Source of the DNA: a virus
Lineage: Duplodnaviria; Heunggongvirae; Uroviricota; Caudoviricetes
IMG/VR virus record: IMGVR_UViG_3300037312_000757
Length of the DNA stretch: 64,000 nt
Strand: one strand, 5' to 3'
The notes under the pieces are model-generated. The model worked only from the letters and a program-made list of their open reading frames with translations, was not told the origin of the DNA and ran no database searches. Position numbers and translations under genes: made by a program. Below, one piece after another: positions 9,010 through 17,346 of this stretch. Positions within the stretch are counted from its first letter, which is position 1. Each line of letters starts with the position of its first letter.

Positions 9010-10095
9010 TTAGAAATCCGCTTTCGGAAGAATAGCCTTGCTCAATGGCTGCTTCTGCTGGATCACAGTACCATCGTCCAGTGTGGAGGTCTTCTGGTTC
9101 TGGATGAAGCTTTCGAGCAAACGACTTGCCATACTCCAGTCTTGCTGGCGATAATCAAGCTCTTGACGGATCCACGAGCCATTTTCGTCCTTGCGATACA
9201 ACACGTTTGGTTCATAGTCCAGTCGCAAGTAGTAATCACCAGTCGAAGCGTTGTCTGGGAATGCATTCCCAGATCCTACTAGCTGAGCGCCGTTTGGAGG
9301 TACACCGTCACCAGCAAATACCCATGGATATTGGTTTCCAAGTTCTTCACCAGGAACGATGTAGTATTGGCGAGTTTCGAAGTAACGAGCAGACACATGT
9401 GTCTTCGCTTCCTCAACCACAGAATTGTCAATGCCCATGGTTGCGGCCACGTTTGACATCAAATCACGCAACTTGGTATCTGTTTCGAGACCAAATGGAT
9501 CCAATGCGTTCTGGCTGAGGATTTGATCGTATTCCTGGGAGTCTGTCAGTGGCTTGCACTTGATACGCCAGATATGAGGATACCAAGTCTGAGAGTAACC
9601 ATCACTTGCTCGAGTTGCGTCCTCAATGGAGTAAAACTTGTTGATCGCCTTCGCCTCAGGATCAAGCAACGCATCATCACGAAGGTGAGGGAGTTCGATC
9701 ACATCACCAGACATGAGCTTGCGCCCAATGAGCTTTATCATGTCGTTGAGGTGCAATTCAATGAAGATAGTGTCGTTGTCCAGGAAGAGGCCAAACTGAC
9801 TCAGGTCGAATTCTGAGTCCTGAATGTTGTAGATGCCACGCAGTTCGTAGACGTCTGGTGCGTAGGCTCGATCTCTGTTCTCCAGGAACAGAACATCTTG
9901 GATCTTTGTCTCACCACCAGCTGCAACTCCTGTTGGATTCCCATCCTCATCTACTCCATTGGGATCTTGGACACCAATGTATTTGTGGACTAGGACAGCA
10001 GTTCCACTGATGGAGAAGTATTCGGCTATGGAGCGGTCCAGGAACTTGTAGTTGTTGGACTTCTGTCCAGAGTTCCAGATGGATAGTTTTGGCAT
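9010..10095 (-). CDS. gp14: Neck / head-completion protein
   Basis: IQDVLFLENRDR, FDLSQFGLFL, GRKLMSGDVIELPHL; next to gp15 and gp13. Confidence 0.75.
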   Translation of the reverse strand: MPKLSIWNSGQKSNNYKFLDRSIAEYFSISGTAVLVHKYIGVQDPNGVDEDGNPTGVAAGGETKIQDVLFLENRDRAYAPDVYELRGIYNIQDSEFDLSQFGLFLDNDTIFIELHLNDMIKLIGRKLMSGDVIELPHLRDDALLDPEAKAINKFYSIEDATRASDGYSQTWYPHIWRIKCKPLTDSQEYDQILSQNALDPFGLETDTKLRDLMSNVAATMGIDNSVVEEAKTHVSARYFETRQYYIVPGEELGNQYPWVFAGDGVPPNGAQLVGSGNAFPDNASTGDYYLRLDYEPNVLYRKDENGSWIRQELDYRQQDWSMASRLLESFIQNQKTSTLDDGTVIQQKQPLSKAILPKADF

Positions 10096-10117
10096 GTGTG
10101 TCTCCCTCTTGTTGAGA

Positions 10118-10125
10118 TATTTATC
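10118..10125 (-). promoter_or_regulatory. Late promoter GATAAATA (gp14)
   Basis: NATAAATA upstream of gp14 SD. Confidence 0.65.
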
Positions 10126-10167
10126 GGGAGCTTCATATGGCTGATTATCGTGTCGTGGAAAAATGAA

Positions 10168-10428
10168 GAGTTCTGCCTGGGTTTGACATCATCCGTGAAG
10201 GGTCCCAGACCCTGAAAATGATTGATTACCTCCATGAATATTCGTTGATATTTGGTTTATAAGTGGTGTTACCACTACCAATTATGAGGAGTTCTCTCTG
10301 GGTTTATTACTATCAATGATTAGTTTGGTAACCTCCATGATGTCTTTCTTGGTATTATTCCTCACGAATAATGGTGAGTTCTCTCTGGGTTTGGTAATAC
10401 TCGTGAGTGTATTTGGTTACCTCCATGA
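10168..10428 (+). repeat. Three units of a bipartite motif: A = GAGTTCT(C/G)(T/C)CTGGGTTT, B = T(T/A)ACCTCCATGA
   Basis: A at 10168, 10289, 10376; B at 10226, 10329, 10417; AT-rich non-coding gap. Confidence 0.9.
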
Positions 10429-10544
10429 GTTCTTCGTGAGGAATTCCATTGAAGTTCTTTCATGAGGAATTGGTATTGGGAAGTGATTATTAGGTGGAAC
10501 CACCATTGTATATTGGTATGAGTATTAAATTTTGTGTGTTTTGC

Positions 10545-10552
10545 GATAAATA
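10545..10552 (+). promoter_or_regulatory. Late promoter GATAAATA (gp13)
   Basis: NATAAATA upstream of GGAGG SD and ATG 10576. Confidence 0.65.
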
Positions 10553-10575
10553 TTATGGTTATGGAGGGGGTAGTG

Positions 10576-11352
10576 ATGAACACACCTAATCAGATTAGTG
10601 GTCGTATGCGCCTGATAAAGGAATTGCAGTTGCGTCTTGGTGGTGGGATGGTTGATTTGGAGTTGGATCCTGAGCATTATGACTTGGCGGTTCAATATGC
10701 GTTGGATCGTTATCGCCAGCGTTCGACCAATTCATTGGAGGAGTCGTATATCTTTTTGGATCTTCAGCCTGAGGTGACTCAATATACGATGCCGAATGAG
10801 GTTCAGGAGGTTACGAAGGTATTTCGTCGTGGTATTGGTGGTAATCAGGGTGGTCCTCAGATTGATCCATTCAGTCTTGCTTTTTCGAACAATTTGTATT
10901 TGATAAACAATCCTGGTGGTATGAGTGCTGGTGGTAGTGGTACTTTAGCCACATATGATTTGGCGATGCAATTTCAGAGCCAAGCTGGCCGCATGTTTGG
11001 TCGTGAGTTGTTGTTTCAGTGGGAGCCGGTAAGTCATCGTATCACATTTGACCGTGCTTTTGTGGCGGTTGAGACCATATTGCTTCAGGTATGGAATACT
11101 CGTCCTGAGGAGGTATTGTTTGCTGATACGTATGCACGTCCATGGTTGCGTGATTATGCGACTGCGGTGTGCAAGCAGATGATGGGTGAGGCACGTGGTA
11201 AGTTTTCGCAGATTGCTGGTCCACAGGGTGGTTTCACATTAAATGGTGAAGCTTTGAAGACTGAGGCGGCGGCTGAGATGGAGCGTCTTGAGAAGGAGCT
11301 CAAGGATCTTATCGATCAACGTGCCGGTGGATACGGTTTCAGTATCGGATAG
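10576..11352 (+). CDS. gp13: Neck protein
   Basis: LRLGGGMVDLELD, WLRDYATAVCKQMMGEARGKF, GPQGGFTLNGEAL..EA. Confidence 0.85.
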   Translation: MNTPNQISGRMRLIKELQLRLGGGMVDLELDPEHYDLAVQYALDRYRQRSTNSLEESYIFLDLQPEVTQYTMPNEVQEVTKVFRRGIGGNQGGPQIDPFSLAFSNNLYLINNPGGMSAGGSGTLATYDLAMQFQSQAGRMFGRELLFQWEPVSHRITFDRAFVAVETILLQVWNTRPEEVLFADTYARPWLRDYATAVCKQMMGEARGKFSQIAGPQGGFTLNGEALKTEAAAEMERLEKELKDLIDQRAGGYGFSIG

Positions 11353-11392
11353 AGCTAAGTTACGAGTTCTTTTTTGGTTAATAAATACCAAT

Positions 11393-12157
11393 ATGGAACT
11401 TAAACAAAAACTTCAAAATTACTTGGTGGCCAATACTGATCGCCACAATACTAAATGGCTTAACAGTAGAGACCCTGAACTTTGGGTCTCTATTCTTAAC
11501 GCAACTTCTTTTCTCCCCGAAACAGCGGCACCAAAGCAGCGTTGTTGGCATATCATCAACGACTCGTATGCTATACCAACTTGTCCAATAACAGGTAACA
11601 ATGTTAAATGGCAAGATAATCGTTATTTGACGTATTCATCTATTTCAGCCGCTTCATCAGACCCTGAACTATACCAAAAGAAAGTAGATACTTATATTTC
11701 AAAAACAGGGTTCAAAGGACATTGGAAGAATAATCCAGAAGTTAAAGAGCAGTGTCGGGAAACTTTTGCAAAAACAAAAGCTCAAGGAAAACATAAGAAA
11801 GTTGTGCGTTCGGAAACTTGGAGAACCAAAGTTCAAGCCACTTGGGACAAGAAATATGAAGAACAGAATTTAGCTGATTATGAGAAGTATAGAGTTGTTG
11901 TTAACAAAATAACACGCAGGAATTACACAAAATATAAAAATTTGATTGAAACTAATGGTTTGACCAAGTGCAAAGAAAATCATCTAGATCACATCTTTAG
12001 TGTATCTGAGGCCTGGAGGAATGGAGTAGACCCAGAAATTGTTGGTCATTGGACAAATCTACGCGTCATACCTGCTGTGGAGAATATGTCAAAGAATGCT
12101 AGAAGTGATAAAACGTTGGAACAATTGTATGACGATTACAAGAATGCCATTCAGTGA
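11393..12157 (+). mobile_element. Free-standing HNH homing endonuclease gene
   Basis: HLDHIFS...HWTNLRVIPAVENMSKN; AT-rich; own AATAAATA at 11380-11387; flanked by duplicated gp13 3' end. Confidence 0.85.
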
Positions 12158-12160
12158 AAT

Positions 12161-12208
12161 GGATTTTCGATAGGTGATGAGCTGAAATACGGTTTCAGTA
12201 TTGGTTAA
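12161..12208 (+). repeat. Relic copies of gp13 3' end (GFSIG-DELK-YGFSIG-stop)
   Basis: ATACGGTTTCAGTAT identical at 11331-11345 and 12187-12201; a recoded GFSIG at 12161-12175. Confidence 0.85.
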
Positions 12209-12226
12209 TTGAAACCAGATATGATG

Positions 12227-12250
12227 AAAGGCTACCATTTGGTAGCCTTT
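12227..12250. terminator. Bidirectional intrinsic terminator
   Basis: AAAGGCTACCA/TGGTAGCCTTT between convergent genes. Confidence 0.75.
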
Positions 12251-12251
12251 T

Positions 12252-12596
12252 CTATTTGAGCATTGCTATGATGATGTCATCTTCGTCGTTGATTTCGACG
12301 GTTGGGTTTTCTGCTTTCTTCATCATGAATGGGAAGCCGTGATTGGTTTTTATCCAGTCAACTGCTTCCTTCAGAGTATTGAAGTAGATTTGTCCGTAAT
12401 CTGCAGGTTCGAACTGTTTAGTGTCTGTATTGTAGTAACCGACTTTTCCAACTTCAATTGAGAAGTGAGGTTCACCGTCTTCGCCTATTCCCTTGAAAAA
12501 GAATTTGCGTTCTGCGTACACTACCCATGAACTACCTTCTGGGTCATACCAGCTTGCTGATATCAGGAATGGTCTTATGAATACTTCTTCTAGCAT
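12252..12596 (-). CDS. Small paralog-family protein
   Basis: C-terminus VEINDEDDIIIAMLK. Confidence 0.75.
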   Translation of the reverse strand: MLEEVFIRPFLISASWYDPEGSSWVVYAERKFFFKGIGEDGEPHFSIEVGKVGYYNTDTKQFEPADYGQIYFNTLKEAVDWIKTNHGFPFMMKKAENPTVEINDEDDIIIAMLK

Positions 12597-12898
12597 GAGT
12601 ATCTCAGGATTGCTTCTACTGCATCGGTTTCATTTTCGACTAGCATCCAGTCGGAATGACTGAATGAATCGACGTTGTGGTCAGGTACTACCAGTATTGG
12701 TACACCAGAACAGTATTGCAATTTTTGCGGTTGTATGAGTGCGTACTGCAATGCGGCTCGAAAGTTTCTTCCCAATGCCACGATGTCGCCACCACCGTAG
12801 TCATTGAATTCATGACTATCCATTCTCACCGTAGCACTGCGAAACATGTACCACGCTTTGGCGTGTCGGTCTAGGTATTGAAGAAGGATTACTCGCAT
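12590..12898 (-). CDS. Small paralog-family protein
   Basis: C-terminus LVENETDAVEAILRYSC. Confidence 0.75.
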   Translation of the reverse strand: MRVILLQYLDRHAKAWYMFRSATVRMDSHEFNDYGGGDIVALGRNFRAALQYALIQPQKLQYCSGVPILVVPDHNVDSFSHSDWMLVENETDAVEAILRYSC

Positions 12899-13170
12899 TT
12901 TGTCAAGACCGCAGCCACCGCTTCGTATTCGTCTTTAACTAGCACAACCTTGAAGTCGTCATTGAGACGTAATGCTACGGGTTTACCATTACTGATTGAT
13001 AATGCGTATCGGCAAGCCAACAGAAGCGTTGCAAAACTGTTACGAGCAACTCCCCAACGGTTCAGTTCGCACTTACCGTCATCGTATTCATATATTTCGC
13101 AATATTGGTGAATCACCCATGCTTCATTGGTGATTGAGGCACGAACTGTTATCAAGCTGTGGACTTTCAT
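12889..13170 (-). CDS. Small paralog-family protein
   Basis: C-terminus LVKDEYEAVAAVLTKCE. Confidence 0.75.
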   Translation of the reverse strand: MKVHSLITVRASITNEAWVIHQYCEIYEYDDGKCELNRWGVARNSFATLLLACRYALSISNGKPVALRLNDDFKVVLVKDEYEAVAAVLTKCE

Positions 13171-13448
13171 TCGTAACTCAACAAAGCTTCGACCTTAGTC
13201 GCGTCATCCGTTATAGTCATACGTTTGTCTGGATGCACAACCAGAATTGGCAAATCAACCAAAAGGGAACTCTGGAGTCGTTCCAATGCTGCTTTGAAAG
13301 GAAGCATCAGTCTGTACGCTCCTCCGTTCAATATGACATCTAGTGTCGCCGTGTCATACTGAACGTGGTAACAGAGCATCCATGCTCCCGTATCGTCACT
13401 CCATAAGAGTGCAGGACCGACGTGATCGGTGATTGGAAGGTCAGCCAT
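13167..13448 (-). CDS. Small paralog-family protein
   Basis: C-terminus TITDDATKVEALLSYE. Confidence 0.75.
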   Translation of the reverse strand: MADLPITDHVGPALLWSDDTGAWMLCYHVQYDTATLDVILNGGAYRLMLPFKAALERLQSSLLVDLPILVVHPDKRMTITDDATKVEALLSYE

Positions 13449-13626
13449 GGCCGATGCGAGTTACAACCTTGTTTTCATCCAAGTACACATTCACTCGTCC
13501 GTATACGAAATCGGCGGTGTAAATGAAGCCTGGTTGTTTCACGCGGACACCGTGCTGCTGAAGCTTTTGAATGTCGTCCTCGGTTAGTTTCGTGCCTACG
13601 AGGTCTTCGAGTGTTTTTGCCTGCAT
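13441..13626 (-). CDS. Peptidase inhibitor I78-like protein
   Basis: VRVKQPGFIYTADFVYGRVNVYLDENKVVTRIGHG fits the I78/potato-I pattern; start taken at ATG 13626. Confidence 0.7.
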   Translation of the reverse strand: MQAKTLEDLVGTKLTEDDIQKLQQHGVRVKQPGFIYTADFVYGRVNVYLDENKVVTRIGHG

Positions 13627-13772
13627 GGTTGCCAATTCATGTAAAAGCCGTAGTGTGTTACTGCGGGTGGCAACAGTCAAGCGCTTATAACCTTCTTACT
13701 GATTTTGTAAACATATTAGGTTTGCGCGGTGCTATTCTTACGGTCTCGCTTCCCTTCATACATGATTCCACT

Positions 13773-14036
13773 ATGTTCATCGGAGATGCAAGCTTCGATG
13801 CGGATGCGCTCGCTCATCATTTGGTGAATGAAATCTGCAGGCTGGAGACGCCATTTGGTGATATCATCATACGGCGCGGTCGATGGATAATGGATGAGAA
13901 GAAAGCACGTTATTGGGTGTTTGCGCCTAAGTTCAGGTTTGGTGGAGGTATGTATGATGAGGCCAATCTTGTCAAGGTGGTGAACAGCTTGCTAGAGCAG
14001 GCTATTATTGATGCCAGTTTGCGTGCAACGCGCTAG
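13773..14036 (+). CDS. Hypothetical protein
   Basis: ORF from first ATG after the divergent gap. Confidence 0.5.
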   Translation: MFIGDASFDADALAHHLVNEICRLETPFGDIIIRRGRWIMDEKKARYWVFAPKFRFGGGMYDEANLVKVVNSLLEQAIIDASLRATR

Positions 14037-14071
14037 ATTTGGTGTTACCATTCATTCCGTTCTAGGAGTGA

Positions 14072-14503
14072 ATGATGTCAAAACAAAAAGAAATGAAGTA
14101 CGAGTTTTTGTCCGAACCGTACCTGTATATCCTGATGCGCACCGATATGGCCAGCATGAACCCGGGCAAAGCTGTTGCTCAGGGTTCGCATGCGACAAAC
14201 CTGTTCGAGAACGCGATGAAGCACGGCACTCGTTCTGATCTGCAGAAGCAAATGTTCGAACATTGGAAGGGTGATCGTGGCTTCGGCACGGCAATCACTC
14301 TGAGTGTTGACGGTTCGCAGTTGCAACAAAAGCTTCTGGCTGCTGCACAGGAAGGCTATGTCACGGGTGTTTGTCATGACCCCACCTATCCCCTACGAGA
14401 TGGCTCTGTAACGCATTTGATCCCGTTGGACACGTGCGGATATGTATTTGGTCTGAAAGGGGAACTGGCGTCGATCCTAGGGGATCTATCGCTAATGTCG
14501 TGA
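14072..14503 (+). CDS. pth2: Peptidyl-tRNA hydrolase, Pth2 family
   Basis: YILMRTDMASMNPGKAVAQGSHA signature; C-terminal LGDLSLM; AGGAG SD. Confidence 0.8.
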   Translation: MMSKQKEMKYEFLSEPYLYILMRTDMASMNPGKAVAQGSHATNLFENAMKHGTRSDLQKQMFEHWKGDRGFGTAITLSVDGSQLQQKLLAAAQEGYVTGVCHDPTYPLRDGSVTHLIPLDTCGYVFGLKGELASILGDLSLMS

Positions 14504-14556
14504 TGCTATGTCCGACACTATAGGGGTAATGCATCACTAGCTAAAGTACGGTTGAT

Positions 14557-14814
14557 ATGATAAGGTCGATAACAATAACAAAAGACGGCACCACCAAACA
14601 TCCTTGGACAGTTCGTTACCCACACGAATACCTTGGCAAGGGTAACAACTACACACGTATGCCAGACTTCAAATCTGCTTTGCATTATGCAGCAGATCTG
14701 CGCGAGGCTATTCAATATTACAAGCATCTTGAAATTCTGGTTATGGATGAAGACGGCGTCTTTGTTATCGAAGACGATAACGCTGCTATGACCGCTCTTC
14801 TCATGTTCGAGTAA
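14557..14814 (+). CDS. Small paralog-family protein
   Basis: C-terminus VIEDDNAAMTALLMFE. Confidence 0.75.
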   Translation: MIRSITITKDGTTKHPWTVRYPHEYLGKGNNYTRMPDFKSALHYAADLREAIQYYKHLEILVMDEDGVFVIEDDNAAMTALLMFE

Positions 14815-14817
14815 ACA

Positions 14818-15123
14818 ATGAATAAAACACCGCTCGATTTCTATCATATTGGCATATACTGGGACGCTGAAGATTTCGTCTGGAACGTCCTTGCTCCTGA
14901 TGTTTACGAACATCATGGTCTGATCATCTATTACGATGATCAACAGCAATATCAAAAAGAACCTGATGTTGAACTGATCCACGCTATCAAGGACGCACAA
15001 AAACGCCAAAAGAAAGAACCTTTGCTTGAGGCGATTCCAATCATTGTCATGAAAGAAGGCGAGTGGATGCGTATTGAAAGTGATGCTGATGCAATTGAAG
15101 CAATCTTGAGGTTTGCATCGTGA
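14818..15123 (+). CDS. Small paralog-family protein
   Basis: C-terminus RIESDADAIEAILRFAS. Confidence 0.78.
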   Translation: MNKTPLDFYHIGIYWDAEDFVWNVLAPDVYEHHGLIIYYDDQQQYQKEPDVELIHAIKDAQKRQKKEPLLEAIPIIVMKEGEWMRIESDADAIEAILRFAS

Positions 15124-15395
15124 GATTCAACATGCATTACCAGATTACGCTGTATCAAGGTGATAGGGGATGGACGGTGTTATATCCACGCCTTGACAGG
15201 GATACTGGGAAGCTTGGTGAAAATCTCTCGTTCTTCTACCACGACCTATCGATGGCAATAAACGTTGTTCGATCTGTCAAGCGGCTTTATACTTACAAGG
15301 ATTTGCCAGTTGTAATTAAGCCAGATAACGGAGATGAACCATATGTTCTTCGCGATGATAATGACTTTGTGGCAGCGCTTCTTACCCACGGTTGA
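15120..15395 (+). CDS. Small paralog-family protein
   Basis: C-terminus VLRDDNDFVAALLTHG. Confidence 0.75.
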   Translation: MRFNMHYQITLYQGDRGWTVLYPRLDRDTGKLGENLSFFYHDLSMAINVVRSVKRLYTYKDLPVVIKPDNGDEPYVLRDDNDFVAALLTHG

Positions 15396-15688
15396 CAAAG
15401 ATGGTAAACGTAGCGATTTCGATCGAAAAGAATGACAATACTTGGCGAGTACTAGTACCACGGCTAATCAAGTTAAATGGTGAGTTCATTCTCACCAGCC
15501 ATACCACCGTGGGTGTAGGTTCACTGACTGAAATGGTAAAGGTTGCTGAAAACTACAAAAGCCGCCTGTGGCTCAACGATCCTGAAAAGGATGCTCCGAT
15601 CGTTCTGATAATTGATGAACAGGAAGTTGCGTGGGAAGGCCAGACTGACGCACAGAAAGTGGCCATCATTCTGCAATACGGACCATGA
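15392..15688 (+). CDS. Small paralog-family protein
   Basis: C-terminus EGQTDAQKVAIILQYGP. Confidence 0.75.
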   Translation: MTKMVNVAISIEKNDNTWRVLVPRLIKLNGEFILTSHTTVGVGSLTEMVKVAENYKSRLWLNDPEKDAPIVLIIDEQEVAWEGQTDAQKVAIILQYGP

Positions 15689-16044
15689 TTATAAACGTAC
15701 GAAAGCAAAATCCACCAATGATTCTTGTTCAAAGGAATCGGTGGTATTCAAGCCGCAATCGAAATTGGGAAGTGATGTTGCCATACCGTCAATATGGTGT
15801 CGCGCAACCGTTAACTGTCCAAAATCACTGGTCTTGTCACTATGAATCATTCCAAACGTTGGGCGCCGCGTGTAAGCGAGCATTTCGTGCAAAACAGATG
15901 GTGAAGGCATATAAAGACCTTCCAATCTATCTTGAAGCGGCACCATACCAACCTTCGTGGTCTCCTAATTCCCAGAAGGAATATGAACTGCTTGAGTGCG
16001 AGACTGACGCAATTGTCCACATCCTCACACAAGATGCCAAATGA
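15685..16044 (+). CDS. Small paralog-family protein
   Basis: C-terminus LLECETDAIVHILTQDAK. Confidence 0.75.
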   Translation: MIINVRKQNPPMILVQRNRWYSSRNRNWEVMLPYRQYGVAQPLTVQNHWSCHYESFQTLGAACKRAFRAKQMVKAYKDLPIYLEAAPYQPSWSPNSQKEYELLECETDAIVHILTQDAK

Positions 16045-16280
16045 CAATCATTCCATTGACATACCGAGTATCGCATATAAAGGTGTTTGATCAAGAACTC
16101 TGGCGTGTTCAATGGGGTGCCGAGATGCGTTTGCGCTCTATGCAGATGGCGGTTAAGTTCGCATTGAATCACAGAAACCAAAACAACCCAGACGCACAGA
16201 TCATTCTTCTGCATAATGGCAAAGCTGAAGTCATTGAGAGTGAGAACGACGCATTTTACGCTTATTTGAAGATGTCATGA
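16041..16280 (+). CDS. Small paralog-family protein
   Basis: C-terminus VIESENDAFYAYLKMS. Confidence 0.75.
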   Translation: MTIIPLTYRVSHIKVFDQELWRVQWGAEMRLRSMQMAVKFALNHRNQNNPDAQIILLHNGKAEVIESENDAFYAYLKMS

Positions 16281-16531
16281 TCAAGTGTCCAGTCATAGTT
16301 CGGGGTCCCGCCAATTGTGGGATGTTCCCACAGGCTGATGTAAATCTAGAAACCCGAGATGTCTATTGGTTCAACGGTAGAGCTATTTTCAAGAACAATT
16401 TACGAGATATCGTGAACTACACGAAAACAGAACATGGTTATCCATTTCTGGTTGAAAAGAGTATTAACGCTAGAACGTATATCGTAATCAATGATGATTA
16501 CGATATGGTTGAATTTTTGCTGAAGATTTAA
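16277..16531 (+). CDS. Small paralog-family protein
   Basis: C-terminus VINDDYDMVEFLLKI; HGYPF matches HGFPF of 12252..12596. Confidence 0.75.
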   Translation: MIKCPVIVRGPANCGMFPQADVNLETRDVYWFNGRAIFKNNLRDIVNYTKTEHGYPFLVEKSINARTYIVINDDYDMVEFLLKI

Positions 16532-16532
16532 A

Positions 16533-16829
16533 ATGATTGTGATTAAAGGCGAAGCGCCACCAAGAAGAACAATTAGAATCGAACGCCTTGATTTTGAATA
16601 TTGGCAGCGTAACTGGCGTGTCTACTTCCCCACACTTGATGGTGATGTGTATTCAGACGCAGTCACCATTCGTGAGATCCTTGAGCTCATCAAAACAAAG
16701 ATGAAAGCAAACCCATACATGATGGGTTACCTGCTCAACATCAAGGATTTGGATGAAGAGGAAACACTTCAAGTCAACCTGTTCAATGATGTTGACATGG
16801 TAGAAGTTATTCTGAGGTACACACTGTGA
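16533..16829 (+). CDS. Small paralog-family protein
   Basis: C-terminus NLFNDVDMVEVILRYTL. Confidence 0.75.
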   Translation: MIVIKGEAPPRRTIRIERLDFEYWQRNWRVYFPTLDGDVYSDAVTIREILELIKTKMKANPYMMGYLLNIKDLDEEETLQVNLFNDVDMVEVILRYTL

Positions 16830-17107
16830 CGCCAATTTATTCTATTGAACGACGGCGTATAGACAAGAAGTCAAAGTGGTGCGTGTACAAACTGGAATCA
16901 GCTGCAAAGGATGATGGCAGTTTCGACTCATATCGTATGCTTGACAAATATGATGACTTCCGTGTGGCGTATGGTGTCACGCGCGAAAAGCTTGACAAAG
17001 CAAACAAGCCGAATGCTCCGATTCGCGTCGTTTATAAAGATCACACCACCTACACTATTGAAACAGATGGTGATCTGATGTTGGTTATGTTGAAAGTTCT
17101 GTCATGA
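16826..17107 (+). CDS. Small paralog-family protein
   Basis: C-terminus TIETDGDLMLVMLKVLS. Confidence 0.75.
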   Translation: MTPIYSIERRRIDKKSKWCVYKLESAAKDDGSFDSYRMLDKYDDFRVAYGVTREKLDKANKPNAPIRVVYKDHTTYTIETDGDLMLVMLKVLS

Positions 17108-17346
17108 AAGATTTAATGTTGCAAGTGGTAGGTGCCGACATCTACGTTCATATTACTAGAAGTGAACGATCGACAGAATCCTACTCTGTTGAAAACGCCC
17201 AAGCAGCCATTGATGAAGCAAAGAAACATCATAGCGCACTTGGTTATCCGTCAACTGTTCGTGTTTATACTAACGAAGGCAAGTTCTATCTTGATTTGTT
17301 GGATGACGCAGATGTTTTGGCATTCATTCTCAAGTATTCAGCATGA
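17104..17346 (+). CDS. Small paralog-family protein
   Basis: C-terminus DLLDDADVLAFILKYSA. Confidence 0.75.
   Translation: MKDLMLQVVGADIYVHITRSERSTESYSVENAQAAIDEAKKHHSALGYPSTVRVYTNEGKFYLDLLDDADVLAFILKYSA

Noticed and set aside
10168-10428. CRISPR mini-array
   Set aside because: Two alternating short motifs with irregular periods (121 and 87 nt), not one 25-40 nt repeat with uniform spacers; no cas genes in the window
11353-12190. Group I intron in gp13
   Set aside because: gp13 is complete before the insert, the HNH ORF fills almost all of it, and no intron core is visible
14514-14524. SP6-like promoter fragment GACACTATAG
   Set aside because: Single 10-nt match, upstream specificity region absent, no single-subunit RNA polymerase in view
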